NCBI GenBank assembly: GCA_965242865.1
Contig: CBDETK010000013.1
Coordinates: 2,720,001-2,784,000, forward strand
Source: Candidatus Latescibacterota bacterium
Lineage (GTDB): Bacteria; Latescibacterota; UBA2968; UBA8231
Direction of reading: 5' to 3'
Length of the DNA stretch: 64,000 bases
In this document: positions 17,557 to 27,560 of the stretch, piece after piece
Position numbering within the stretch: the first letter of the stretch is position 1
Layout: each line of letters begins with the position of its first letter
Position numbers and translations under genes: made by a program
Notes under the pieces: generated by a model
Told to the model about the DNA's origin: nothing
Database searches by the model: none
The model's input: only the letters and a program-made list of their open reading frames with translations

Positions 17557-19208
17557 GGCGGCAAATTTAAGGGCCGCGTTGGGCCGTGTCCACGCGCCGC
17601 CCCCGCGTCGAGGGCCTCTAGGGCAAAAGCCGCCGCGAACAGCGCCCGCGTATAAGCGGCCTGCGGCGCGGTGAAAATCCGCTGCGCCGGTCCCTGCTCA
17701 ACCACTTGCCCGTCCTTCATCACAATCAGCTCGCTGGCTAGGGCGCGGACCACCTTCAAGTCGTGGCTGATGAACAGGTACGCCAAGCCGTGGCGCTGCT
17801 GGAGCTGGAGCAGCAGCTCGACGATCTGCGCCTGCACCGTTTTGTCCAACGCACTAGTCGGCTCGTCGAGGACGACGAAGCGCGGCTTGAGCACCATGGC
17901 GCGGGCAATGGCGATGCGCTGGCGTTGGCCGCCGGAAAACTCGTGCGGGTAGCGGTCCATCGTGGCCGGGTCCAAGCCGACCTCGGCCATGGCGTCGGCC
18001 ACGAGGTGGCGCCGCTCGGCATACGTCGGACCGATGGCGTGGACCAGCAGCCCCTCTTCGATGATTTGGAACGCTGAAAGCCGCGGGCTTAACGAGGCAA
18101 ACGGGTCTTGGAAAACGATCTGCATCTGCCGGCGCAACGGGCGAATCTCCTTTTGGGACCAGCCCTGTATATCGCGGCCATCGAAGGCGATGGTGCCTTC
18201 GCTGGGTACCAGCCGCAAGAGGGCCTGCCCCAGCGTCGTCTTGCCCGAACCCGATTCGCCGACCACGCCGACCGTCTGCCCGGCGCGTACGCTCAAGGAG
18301 AGGCCATCAACGGCTTTGACGTGTCCCACAGTGCGGCGCAGGAGGCCGCGCTTGATCGCGAAGTGGACTCGGACCTCCTCGGCGTGGACGACAGCGGGCG
18401 CGGTCGCATCAATCTGGGGCGGATCGCCCTGCGGCTCGGCCGCTAGCAGGGTGCGCGTATAGGGGTGCTGGGGGGCGGTGAAGAGGGCCTCCGTGGCGTT
18501 GTGCTCGACGATCTGGCCGGTGCTCATCACATAGACGCGGTCGGCCATCTGGCGGACGATCCCGAGGTCGTGGGTGATCAGCAAAATCGCCATGCCGAAA
18601 CGGGCTTGAAGTGCTCGGAGGAGGGCGAGGATCTGGGCCTGAATGGTCACGTCGAGGGCCGTAGTCGGTTCGTCGGCAATCAGCAGGTCGGGCTCGTTGG
18701 CCAAGGCCATGGCGATCATCACCCGCTGGCGCTGGCCGCCCGAAAGCTGGTGCGGCCAAGCGTCTAGACGCTTCTCAGCGTCGGAAAGCCCGACCAGTTC
18801 CAGCAGCTCTATGGCGCGGGTGCGTGCGGCCGCACGGCTCAGGCCCCGGTGCAGGATGAGCGTCTCGCCCAATTGCTTTTCGATGGAGTGCAGCGGGTTG
18901 AGCGAGGTCATCGGCTCTTGGAAAACCATTGCGACGCGATTGCCGCGCAGCTTTTGCAACCGCGCCGACGCAGCCCCCAACAGCTCCTCGCCATCGAGGC
19001 GGACGCTGCCGTGAGGATGGCTGGCGCGTGGGTAGGGCAACAGTTGCAGCACCGAGAGCGCTGTCGCGGACTTGCCCGAGCCGGATTCGCCGACCAGCGC
19101 CACGGTCTCGCCGCGTTCAATGTGCAGCGAAGCACTGTGTACGGCCTCGACATGGGCACCGGCGACGTGGAAGCGCACGCCCAAGTTTTCGATTGTCAGC
19201 AGGCTCAT
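17553..19208 (-). CDS. yejF: ABC transporter ATP-binding protein with two ABC domains (YejF-like)
   Basis: Two GESGSGK Walker A, SGGQRQR signature and DEPT Walker B sets; start MSLLTIENL. Confidence 0.9.
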   Translation of the reverse strand: MSLLTIENLGVRFHVAGAHVEAVHSASLHIERGETVALVGESGSGKSATALSVLQLLPYPRASHPHGSVRLDGEELLGAASARLQKLRGNRVAMVFQEPMTSLNPLHSIEKQLGETLILHRGLSRAAARTRAIELLELVGLSDAEKRLDAWPHQLSGGQRQRVMIAMALANEPDLLIADEPTTALDVTIQAQILALLRALQARFGMAILLITHDLGIVRQMADRVYVMSTGQIVEHNATEALFTAPQHPYTRTLLAAEPQGDPPQIDATAPAVVHAEEVRVHFAIKRGLLRRTVGHVKAVDGLSLSVRAGQTVGVVGESGSGKTTLGQALLRLVPSEGTIAFDGRDIQGWSQKEIRPLRRQMQIVFQDPFASLSPRLSAFQIIEEGLLVHAIGPTYAERRHLVADAMAEVGLDPATMDRYPHEFSGGQRQRIAIARAMVLKPRFVVLDEPTSALDKTVQAQIVELLLQLQQRHGLAYLFISHDLKVVRALASELIVMKDGQVVEQGPAQRIFTAPQAAYTRALFAAAFALEALDAGAARGHGPTRPLNLPP

Positions 19209-20293
19209 CGGCCTTCCTCGCCAGCGTAGGTCTTGCGCGGGTCGAACGCGTCGCGGACCGCCTCGCCAATAAAGACCAACAGGGAGAGCATCACCGCCAG
19301 CGCGAAAAAGGCCGTAAAGCCCAGCCACGGCGCTTGGAGGTTGCGCTTGCCCTGATTGAGCAGCTCGCCCAGCGATGGCGAGCCGGGCGGCAGGCCAAAG
19401 CCGAGGAAGTCGAGCGAGGTCAGGACCGCGACCGAGCCGGTGAGCACGAAGGGCAAAAAGGTCAGGGTGGAGACCATGGCGTTGGGCAGCACGTGCCGCC
19501 AGATGATGCGGCGGTTGCTCTGGCCGAGTGCGCGGGCCGCTCTGACGAAGTCGAAATTGCGGGCGCGCAAGAATTCGGCGCGCACAACGCCGACCAAGCC
19601 CATCCAGCGAAACAGCAGCAACAGGCCGAGCAGCCACCAGAAATTCGGCTCCACGACGCTGGCGAGGATGATCAGCAAGTACAGCAGCGGCAAGCCCTGC
19701 CAGATTTCGATAAAGCGCTGAAACAGAAGATCCACCCAGCCGCCGAAATACCCTTGGACCGCGCCGGCGGCAATGCCGATTGCCGCGCTAAAGAGCGTCA
19801 GCAGCAGGCCGAAGAGCACGGAGATGCGGTAGCCGTAGATCATCCGCGCCACCACGTCGCGTGCTTGGTCGTCCGTGCCGAGCCAGTTTTCGGCGTCCGG
19901 TGGGGAAGGGGCCGGATGCTTGAGATCGTAGTTGACCGTGTCGTAGCTGTAGGACACCAGCGGCCACACGATCCAGCCCTTTGCCTCAATTAGCTCCTCG
20001 ACAAAGGGGTCGCGGTATTCGGCCTCGGTTGCGAAGTCGCCGCCAAAGGTCGTTTCGGGGTACGTCGCAAAGACCGGGAAGTAGTAGGTCCCGTCGAAGT
20101 GAACGACCAGCGGGCGGTCGTTGGCGATGAACTCAGCCGGCAAGCTCAGGGCGAAAAGGCCCCAAAAGAGCCAGAAACTCCAAAAGCCGCGGCGGTTGCG
20201 GCGAAAATTGGCAAGTCGGCGTTGATTGAGCCGCGAGATCTGCAAGCCCAGCAAGCGCGGCGGCGGCGACGGAGGGGCGGATACCGCACTCAC
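19205..20293 (-). CDS. yejE: Peptide ABC transporter permease (YejE-like)
   Basis: [53 protein letters not shown]. Confidence 0.9.
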   Translation of the reverse strand: MSAVSAPPSPPPRLLGLQISRLNQRRLANFRRNRRGFWSFWLFWGLFALSLPAEFIANDRPLVVHFDGTYYFPVFATYPETTFGGDFATEAEYRDPFVEELIEAKGWIVWPLVSYSYDTVNYDLKHPAPSPPDAENWLGTDDQARDVVARMIYGYRISVLFGLLLTLFSAAIGIAAGAVQGYFGGWVDLLFQRFIEIWQGLPLLYLLIILASVVEPNFWWLLGLLLLFRWMGLVGVVRAEFLRARNFDFVRAARALGQSNRRIIWRHVLPNAMVSTLTFLPFVLTGSVAVLTSLDFLGFGLPPGSPSLGELLNQGKRNLQAPWLGFTAFFALAVMLSLLVFIGEAVRDAFDPRKTYAGEEGR

Positions 20294-21393
20294 GACTCGC
20301 GGCTTTCAAAGTCGATTCGGCGGTCGACCAGCGTGTAAGTCAGATCGCCCACCAACTGCATCAGCATCGCCAGCAACGTGAAGAAGTACAGGGTGGCGAA
20401 CATCACCGGGTAATCGCGGCCAATGGCTGCCTCGTAGCCCAACAAACCCAACCCATCCAACGAGAAGATGATTTCCGTCAACAAGGCGCCGGTGAAGAAG
20501 ATATCGACAAACGCACTGGGGAAGCCGGCGATGACGATCAGCATGGCGTTGCGGAAGACGTGCCCGTAGAGCACCCGGTTTTCGCTCAGACCCTTGGCCC
20601 GGGCGGTGGTGACGTAGAGCTTGTTGATCTCGTCTAGGAAGGAGTTTTTGGTCAGCAAGGTCAGCCCGGCAAAGCCGCCGATGACCATGGCCGCGACCGG
20701 CAACGCCAGATGCCAGAAGTAGTCGGCGACCTTGGCGAGCGGGGTCAGTTCGTCCCAGTTGGCCGAGGTCAGGCCGCGCAGCGGAAACCAGTCGAAGTAC
20801 TGGCCGCCGGCAAAGACCACGATCAGCAGGATGGCAAAGAGGAAGCTGGGGATGGCGTAGCCGACGATGACCAGCCCCGAGGTCCAGACATCGAACCGCG
20901 AGCCATCGCGCACGGCCTTGGCGATCCCGAGGGGAATGGAGACAAAATAGACCAGCAACGTGGTCCACAGCCCCAGCGAAATCGACACCGGCATCTTCTC
21001 TTTGACTAGGTCGATGACCCGCTGATCGCGGTAAAAGCTCTCGCCGAATTCAAAGCGCACATACTGGCCGATCATCTGCAAGAAACGCTCGGGAGCTGGC
21101 TTGTCGAAACCGTACATGCGCTCTAGCTCGGCGATCAATTCGGGATCGAGCCCTTGGGCCCCTCGGTATTTGCTATGGAGCTCGCCGCCCTGCACCGCGT
21201 CGATGTCGAGGGTTTCTCCAGCGTCCGAGCCGCTGACCCGCTCGGTAGCGTCCGTCCCAAAGCCCTGAAGCACCGCGATCGTGCGCTCGACCGGCCCGCC
21301 CGGTGCCGCTTGAATGATGAGGAAGTTGATGGTCATAATGCCCAAGATGGTCGGCACCATCAGCAGCAAGCGGCGGAGAATGTACGTGCCCAT
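20290..21393 (-). CDS. yejB: Peptide ABC transporter permease (YejB-like)
   Basis: [50 protein letters not shown]. Confidence 0.9.
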   Translation of the reverse strand: MGTYILRRLLLMVPTILGIMTINFLIIQAAPGGPVERTIAVLQGFGTDATERVSGSDAGETLDIDAVQGGELHSKYRGAQGLDPELIAELERMYGFDKPAPERFLQMIGQYVRFEFGESFYRDQRVIDLVKEKMPVSISLGLWTTLLVYFVSIPLGIAKAVRDGSRFDVWTSGLVIVGYAIPSFLFAILLIVVFAGGQYFDWFPLRGLTSANWDELTPLAKVADYFWHLALPVAAMVIGGFAGLTLLTKNSFLDEINKLYVTTARAKGLSENRVLYGHVFRNAMLIVIAGFPSAFVDIFFTGALLTEIIFSLDGLGLLGYEAAIGRDYPVMFATLYFFTLLAMLMQLVGDLTYTLVDRRIDFESRES

Positions 21394-21403
21394 AAAAGGT
21401 GGG

Positions 21404-23236
21404 CTAACGGTCCTGTTCGAGCCGTGCGGCCTTTGCTGCGTCGTACCACCAAGTGTCGGGAAAGCCCAGCCCATTGGGGGCCGGCTTTGGCAGCCGACCG
21501 AACTTGTTCCAGTAGGCCAAGCGATAGGAGCGGCTGTGCGAGTTGGGGATTACGTAGTGCCCCCAGAGCAAGATGCGGTCGAGGGCATGGGTTATTGCGA
21601 CTTGGGTCGGGCGGTCGGGCGCGGCGATTTGGTGCTCGATTAGCTCGTCGATGACCGGATCGGCGATGCCCGCGTAGTTGCGGCTGCCCGCAGATTGCGC
21701 GGCCGTACTCGACCAGAAGTTGCGCTGCTCGTTGCCCGGACTCAAGGTCTGACGCCACGAGGCCGCGATGATGTCGAAATCGAAGTCTTGGACGCGATTT
21801 TGGTATTGGGCCGCGTCCACGGTGCGGATGGTCGCCTCAATGCCGAGGCGTTTGAGGTTTTGCACGAGTGGGCTGAGGACGCGCTCGTACGACGAGGAGC
21901 CGAGCAGGAATTCAAAGCGCATTCTCTCGCCCGTCTCCGCGTGGACCAGCTTCCCAGCGACGACGGTCCAACCGGCTTCGGCGAGCAGTTTTTTGGCCGT
22001 GCGTAGGTTTTGGCGGAGCTGGCCCGAGCCGTTGGTCGCTGGCGGCGCGTAGGCCGCGGTGAACACCTCGTCGGGGATCCGCCCCCGGTACTCCGCCAAA
22101 ATTTTCAACTCCCGCCCCGCCGGCCGCCCCGACGCCCCAAGGTCCGAGTTCCCCCAATAGCTGGTGCTGCGGGTGAGCAGGCCGTAGAACAGGTTCTTGT
22201 TGGTCCATTCAAAGTCGTAGGCGTAGGCGAGTGCCTGCCGCACCTTGGGGTCCTTGAACTTGGCGCGCCGGGTGTTGAACGCAAAGCCCGACATGCCGCG
22301 GATGAGTTGGTGTGGAAGCTGCACCCGGATCACGCGCCCCTCGCCGATCGGCGCGAAATTTTCGTAGGCGGTGGCCCACTCCTTGGTATTGCCCACCAGG
22401 CGACAGTCGTACGCTCCCGTCTTAAAGGCTTCGATGGCCACCGTTTGGTCTCGGTAGTAATCGTAGCGGATGCGGTCGAAGTTGTGCCGGCCCTTGTGAA
22501 CGGGCAGGTCGCGGCCCCAGTAGGAAGCGACGCGCTCATAAGTAATTGAGCGGCCCGGCTCAAATTCGACGATCTGGTACGGCCCGCTGCCCAGCGGCGG
22601 CTCGAGCGTGGTGGCCGCGAATTCGCGCCCTTCCCAATAGTGCTTGGGCAATACGCGCAACTGGCCGATGATCAGCGGCATTTCGCGGTTGGTGCCCTGT
22701 TTGAACGCGAACTTCACCCGACGCTCGTCGAGCGCGAAGACGGTGTCGACGTCGGCGTAGAAGGTGCGAAAGAACGGGATGCCCTTAGTGGTGAGGATTT
22801 CAAAGCTGAAGACCACGTCGGCCGCGGTCACCGGGACGCCATCGTGCCAGTGCGCTTCGGGATGGAGCTCAAAGACGACCCAAGAGCGGTCTTCCGGTAG
22901 CTGGATCTGCGCGGCGAGTTGGCCGTATTCGGTGAACGGCTCGTCCTGGGACTTGGTGCAGAGCCGGTTGTAGAGCATCAGCGAACCGGCCGCGGCGACC
23001 CCCTTGAGGGTAAAGGGGTTGAGGTTGTCGTAGGTGCCGATAGCGGCGAGGCGGATTTCGCCGCCTTTGAGGGCGTCGGGATTGACGTAGTCGAAGTGGG
23101 TAAAATCAGGGCCGTATTTGGGGTCGCCGTAGAGCGTGATGGCGTGGGTGCGGGAAACGGGGCTGTCGGTGGCGTCTGCAACCGAGGCGAGAGTAACGCA
23201 GAGAACCAGTGAGCGCACGGTCCACATGAAAATCAT
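21404..23236 (-). CDS. yejA: Peptide ABC transporter substrate-binding protein (YejA-like)
   Basis: Signal peptide; [38 protein letters not shown]. Confidence 0.9.
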   Translation of the reverse strand: MIFMWTVRSLVLCVTLASVADATDSPVSRTHAITLYGDPKYGPDFTHFDYVNPDALKGGEIRLAAIGTYDNLNPFTLKGVAAAGSLMLYNRLCTKSQDEPFTEYGQLAAQIQLPEDRSWVVFELHPEAHWHDGVPVTAADVVFSFEILTTKGIPFFRTFYADVDTVFALDERRVKFAFKQGTNREMPLIIGQLRVLPKHYWEGREFAATTLEPPLGSGPYQIVEFEPGRSITYERVASYWGRDLPVHKGRHNFDRIRYDYYRDQTVAIEAFKTGAYDCRLVGNTKEWATAYENFAPIGEGRVIRVQLPHQLIRGMSGFAFNTRRAKFKDPKVRQALAYAYDFEWTNKNLFYGLLTRSTSYWGNSDLGASGRPAGRELKILAEYRGRIPDEVFTAAYAPPATNGSGQLRQNLRTAKKLLAEAGWTVVAGKLVHAETGERMRFEFLLGSSSYERVLSPLVQNLKRLGIEATIRTVDAAQYQNRVQDFDFDIIAASWRQTLSPGNEQRNFWSSTAAQSAGSRNYAGIADPVIDELIEHQIAAPDRPTQVAITHALDRILLWGHYVIPNSHSRSYRLAYWNKFGRLPKPAPNGLGFPDTWWYDAAKAARLEQDR

Positions 23237-23506
23237 CCGTCTAGTGTGAGGGTGATAAAACGGAAAATCGAGTGAAATTAGGCCCACAAAATTAACCAGA
23301 AAAGGCATTTACGGCCACCGACGCCGATTGGCCGGAGCGCGGGCCTTGTCTATCTTGACGCGGAGAGGCGGCTTAGGCGTTGACGGGGTTCTACCATGCC
23401 GCTAGCTTCGGATTCGCCCTTTGGGCTGTCCACTGCCAACGCAACTCAATGTATCAATTCGGGGACTGAGGAACTCTCCTTCCCAACAAAGTGAAGTGAG
23501 AAATAC

Positions 23507-24265
23507 ATGAACGCGAGCCAGCCAGAGCTTGATTTTGGCATGAGCGAGAGCAGGACCCCGTCTGGCCGAAAAAGCCCAGCCGGAAACGCCACGACAAACC
23601 TAGTCTTCTCCGCGTACGTCGGAAATAACGCGGATGTGTTCCCGGTTGTTTTAAGGCTGCACATTGAGGAGGGGGCCAAAATCGCCGATGTGACATTTGG
23701 CAAGGGCGTCTTCTGGCGCAACATCGACACTTCAAAGTACGACTTGCATCCATCGGATATTGCCGATGGCACAGACTGTCGCAATCTCCCATACAAAAGC
23801 GAGTCATTCGATGCACTCGTCCTCGACCCGCCCTACATGGAAGGGTTCTTCCGCAGCGGTAACGCGATCAAAGCAGGCGCGGGGACGCACAATGCCTTCA
23901 GAGACCACTATTCCAACGGACATGAGGCCCCAAAGCGTGGCGGCGGGCGGTGGCATGCTGCGGTTGTAGAACTCTACGAGGAGAGCGGTCGCGAGGCCCA
24001 CCGAGTGTTGCGCGACCGAGGCGTATTGATCGTAAAGTGCCAAGATGAAGTCAGCGCGAATCGCCAGAACCTGACCCACGTTGAGATCATCAACGCCTAC
24101 GCCGCGCTCGGGTTCTTCTGCAAAGACCTATTCGTTGTCGTTCGCCCAAACAAGCCTGGAATGAGTCGCGTTCTCAAACAGGTCCACGCGAGAAAGAACC
24201 ATTCCTACTTTCTCGTATTCGTAAAAGTTCCCAAAGGAAAGACCGCGGATCAGCTGCGCTTCTGA
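23507..24265 (+). CDS. Amino-type (m6A/m4C) DNA methyltransferase
   Basis: [15 protein letters not shown]-binding motif followed by VLDPPY catalytic motif; RVL...G.LIVKCQD. Confidence 0.8.
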   Translation: MNASQPELDFGMSESRTPSGRKSPAGNATTNLVFSAYVGNNADVFPVVLRLHIEEGAKIADVTFGKGVFWRNIDTSKYDLHPSDIADGTDCRNLPYKSESFDALVLDPPYMEGFFRSGNAIKAGAGTHNAFRDHYSNGHEAPKRGGGRWHAAVVELYEESGREAHRVLRDRGVLIVKCQDEVSANRQNLTHVEIINAYAALGFFCKDLFVVVRPNKPGMSRVLKQVHARKNHSYFLVFVKVPKGKTADQLRF

Positions 24266-24843
24266 ATGATTTCGTTCATAAGCGTGAACGGCTCGTCGTG
24301 GAATGGCGGTCTCGGGGGCCAATGGACGGTTACGAGGGTCGCCAAAAGGTGCTGGCGTTGGTATGGGCTATACCGCCGATAACCTGACGTGGGAAGATCA
24401 GAGTTTTTGGCGAAGACAAACCGCCACTTCTCTTCAAACGCAAATACGTTGACCGCGAGAATATCGAACTCCCCCTTTCGCAGACAAGTGGTCGTTACGC
24501 GGCTGTTGTCTGGAAGCACTATCTCCCGACGATCACTTGCATCGACTTGGGCCTTTCCTACCCATTCTTCTTGGAGTTTCTCAATCGTCGCGCTTTGAAG
24601 CGATTTCGATTCAAAAATGAACTCCTGTCCCTTGTACCGGATAACTCGGTCGCCCTTCTTCTTTCTATCGTGATCATCGTACTTGGTGACTTCTGAAACG
24701 TCGTCGCCCGACAGCCAGAGCTTTTCGAGCTTGAGTTCTGCCAAGTACCCCAGAATCATGCCGCGAAGACTAGGATTGTCCTCTACCAGCTTCGTAAGCT
24801 CCTCTGGGGTCATATCCCATCTGTCGAGAATCGTTGCGGGCAT
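24250..24843 (-). CDS. Putative type II restriction endonuclease (PD-(D/E)xK)
   Basis: Convergent with the MTase and overlapping its 3' end; G.LAE helix, then GD...FESK catalytic pattern; lower GC. Confidence 0.65.
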   Translation of the reverse strand: MPATILDRWDMTPEELTKLVEDNPSLRGMILGYLAELKLEKLWLSGDDVSEVTKYDDHDRKKKGDRVIRYKGQEFIFESKSLQSATIEKLQEEWVGKAQVDASDRREIVLPDNSRVTTTCLRKGEFDILAVNVFAFEEKWRFVFAKNSDLPTSGYRRYSPYQRQHLLATLVTVHWPPRPPFHDEPFTLMNEIIQKRS

Positions 24844-24859
24844 ATTGTCGCGGAAAGCG

Positions 24860-25942
24860 CTAGACCGAAGGCAATTTCGGCGCGACTTGGTTGGCGAGTA
24901 GGTCCATTGAGCGCTCCCAGAGCGGGCGGTCGTCCCAGTCGTGGGCGATCATCAGCAGCGTGTCGAAGCCGCCGGTCGTCTCCCACAAGAGCTCTAGCTG
25001 GCTTACGCACGACGGTACGTCGCCTATGACGCACAGATTCTCGATCAGATACTTGGGCGTGACCTCCTCGTCGGGAACCGCTGGGTCGTGCTTGGTAATG
25101 TGGAGCATTTTGGCACCGCTGAGCACGGCAATCAGGTATTCAAAGGCGCGGTAGAAAGCACTGCTCTCGTCGAGGGCGTAGTCCCAAGCACGCGCTGGGT
25201 CATCGGCGACGAGGATGCTGCGCGAGATGCGCCAGCGGGTGCGCTCGGGTGCCGGTAGCCCGGCCTCGGTGGCACCCGCGCTGTAGGTCTGCCAGTGCTG
25301 GGTCAACGTCGAAGGCGCGACGAGGTTGGTGCTAATGGGCAGATAGCCCCGCTGGCCGGCCATGGTCGCGGCCATGGAGTCGCCTTTTATCACGCTCATA
25401 CCAATGGGCGGGTGCGGGTGCTGATAGGGCTTGAGCAGTTGGCCGATGCCGAGCTCGGGTTGCGGCTCCTCAATTTTGATGCGGTAGAAATTCCCGGCAA
25501 AGTCAAAAGGGGCCTCCGCCTGCCAGAGCTTGAGGACCAGGTCGATACTCTCAATGGTCATCAGCCCTTGCGTCTTGGGATCGGGCAGATCAAAAAGGCC
25601 CCAATCGGTCGCGACGCCACCTTGGCCAAAGCCGCAGTTGAAGCGGCCCTTAGACAGGTGGTCGAGAAAGGCCAAGCGCACGGCCACATTGACCGGGTGG
25701 TGCTGCGGCATGATGGAGACGCCGGTGCCTAAACGGATGGTTTGCGTCAGGGGCAAAACGTGGGCGATGAAGAGATCGTTGGACGGGATCGGCTCCCAAG
25801 CCACGGTGTGATGCTGGCCGACCCAAGCTTCGGTGAAGCCGAGCCGATCGGCGCGGACGACGAACTCGACGTCCTCGGCAAAGCATTCGGTGCGGTCCTT
25901 TTCCGGCGGATGCAAGGGCATCATAAAGGTGCCGAGTTTCAT
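24860..25942 (-). CDS. LLM-class flavin-dependent monooxygenase
   Basis: MKLGTFMMPLHP, LGFTEAWVGQHH, IRLGTGV, LDHLSKGR, KPYQ.PHPPI; AAGGAG RBS. Confidence 0.9.
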   Translation of the reverse strand: MKLGTFMMPLHPPEKDRTECFAEDVEFVVRADRLGFTEAWVGQHHTVAWEPIPSNDLFIAHVLPLTQTIRLGTGVSIMPQHHPVNVAVRLAFLDHLSKGRFNCGFGQGGVATDWGLFDLPDPKTQGLMTIESIDLVLKLWQAEAPFDFAGNFYRIKIEEPQPELGIGQLLKPYQHPHPPIGMSVIKGDSMAATMAGQRGYLPISTNLVAPSTLTQHWQTYSAGATEAGLPAPERTRWRISRSILVADDPARAWDYALDESSAFYRAFEYLIAVLSGAKMLHITKHDPAVPDEEVTPKYLIENLCVIGDVPSCVSQLELLWETTGGFDTLLMIAHDWDDRPLWERSMDLLANQVAPKLPSV

Positions 25943-25985
25943 GGTCATTCTCCTTATCGGGCCATGTAAGCGCGGTTTTTTTCGA

Positions 25986-27320
25986 TCAATATCCCAATTC
26001 CCGCTCCACTTCTCCAACCACGTCCGCGATCACTTGGGCGATTTCTTCGACCTGTTCTTCGCCAATGATAAAGGGCGGACTAATGGCAATGTGGTCGCCG
26101 CTGACGCCGTCGATTAACCCGGGCGACCCGGGCATGATGAGTACGCCTTTGGCAAAGGCGCGATTGACGACCGCGGCCGACACGCCCTGCGCGGGATCGA
26201 AGGGAGTGTGAGTTGCCTTGTCCTTGGCGAACTCTACGCCGGTGAGCAAGCCCTTGCCGCGCACGGCGCTGACAATGGGCGAGTCCATTAGCGGCAGCAT
26301 CTTTTTCAGCATTAGGTCGCCCATCTGGGCGCAGCGAGCGACTAAGTCGTGGGCTTGGATGTAGTCCTGCACGGCGAGCGCAACGGCGCAAGAAAGCGGA
26401 TTGCCGCCGTAGGTGTGCCCGTGGACATAGTGGTTTTGTCGTTTATAGATTCCATCGTAGATCTCGTCGCGGACTAGGGTCGCGGCAATCGGGGTGTACC
26501 CGCTGCTGAGGCCCTTGCCGGTGGCCATGATGTCTGGAACAGCGTCCCAGTGCTCAATGCCAAAGTTGAGGCCCGTGCGCCCGTAGCCGGTGACGACCTC
26601 GTCGATGATCATCAGGATGTTGTAGCGGTCGCATATCGCGCGGATGGTGGGGAAGTAGTCGGGCGGCGGCATGAGGCCGCAGCAAGAAGTGCCCGAGATG
26701 GGTTCGGCGATGAAGGCGGCGATGTACTCGCTGCCCTCCTGTTGGATGACCCGCTCCAGTTCTTGGGCGCAGGCGAGCGTACAGGCGGGGCGATCGCGGC
26801 AGTACGGGCAGTGGTTGGGGTGGGGGAAGGCGATGTGCGGAAAGTTGAGCAGATAGGGCACGTAATCCTCGCGCCACGTGGAACGGCCCGACATGGAAAG
26901 CGCGCCGATGGTATTGCCGTGCCAGCTCTGCCAGCGGGTGATGACTTTGTACTTTTTTGGGTGGCCGGTCTCGACGTGGTACTTGCGGGCGATCTTGAGC
27001 GCGGCCTCCGTGGCTTCGGAGCCGCCGGAGACGAAGAAGACGCGGTTGAGATCGCCGGGGGCCATGGCGGCGATTTTGTCGGCGAGGTCGATTTGCGGTT
27101 GGGTGAGGAAGCGGGCGTAGGTAAAGCAGACCTTGTTGGCCTGCTCCTGCATGACCTCGGCGATCTCCGGGACGCCGTGCCCGATGGAAACCACGTGGAC
27201 GCCAGCGCAGGCGTCGAGGTACGCGCGGCCGTCTTCGGCGTAGAGATAGCAGGCTTTGCCGTGGGAGATTTGCGGCCAGTTGTCGGTAATGACGCGGTGG
27301 AAAATGCGGTCGGTAGTCAT
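25986..27320 (-). CDS. Class-III PLP aminotransferase
   Basis: SGGSEATEAALK, AFIAEP, IDEVVTGYGRTG, PDIMATGKGLSSGY, HGHTYGGNP. Confidence 0.93.
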   Translation of the reverse strand: MTTDRIFHRVITDNWPQISHGKACYLYAEDGRAYLDACAGVHVVSIGHGVPEIAEVMQEQANKVCFTYARFLTQPQIDLADKIAAMAPGDLNRVFFVSGGSEATEAALKIARKYHVETGHPKKYKVITRWQSWHGNTIGALSMSGRSTWREDYVPYLLNFPHIAFPHPNHCPYCRDRPACTLACAQELERVIQQEGSEYIAAFIAEPISGTSCCGLMPPPDYFPTIRAICDRYNILMIIDEVVTGYGRTGLNFGIEHWDAVPDIMATGKGLSSGYTPIAATLVRDEIYDGIYKRQNHYVHGHTYGGNPLSCAVALAVQDYIQAHDLVARCAQMGDLMLKKMLPLMDSPIVSAVRGKGLLTGVEFAKDKATHTPFDPAQGVSAAVVNRAFAKGVLIMPGSPGLIDGVSGDHIAISPPFIIGEEQVEEIAQVIADVVGEVERELGY

Positions 27321-27480
27321 GCGTGGTCGTCCTTTTGCTTGGCAGTGAATACGGCAGAGACGCTTTTGGTTGGGGGGCAAGTATAACGACGGTGGACTTT
27401 GCAAACAACGCCGATTGCTCTAATTCTTGGTTCCAAGCAGATTAAAGCCGATGACCTAAGTGCGCGACCCGTACTTTGCG

Positions 27481-27516
27481 TCCGGGGTCGAGGGCGGGAC
27501 GCCCTCGACCCGTGGA
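27481..27516. repeat. GC-rich REP-like palindrome
   Basis: 12-bp stem gggtcgagggcg / cgccctcgaccc with a gga loop, in a divergent intergenic region. Confidence 0.7.
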
Positions 27517-27560
27517 ACGCTAGAGTTGGTGTCGTGTAGTCCTGTGAGGGGGAGCAAAAA

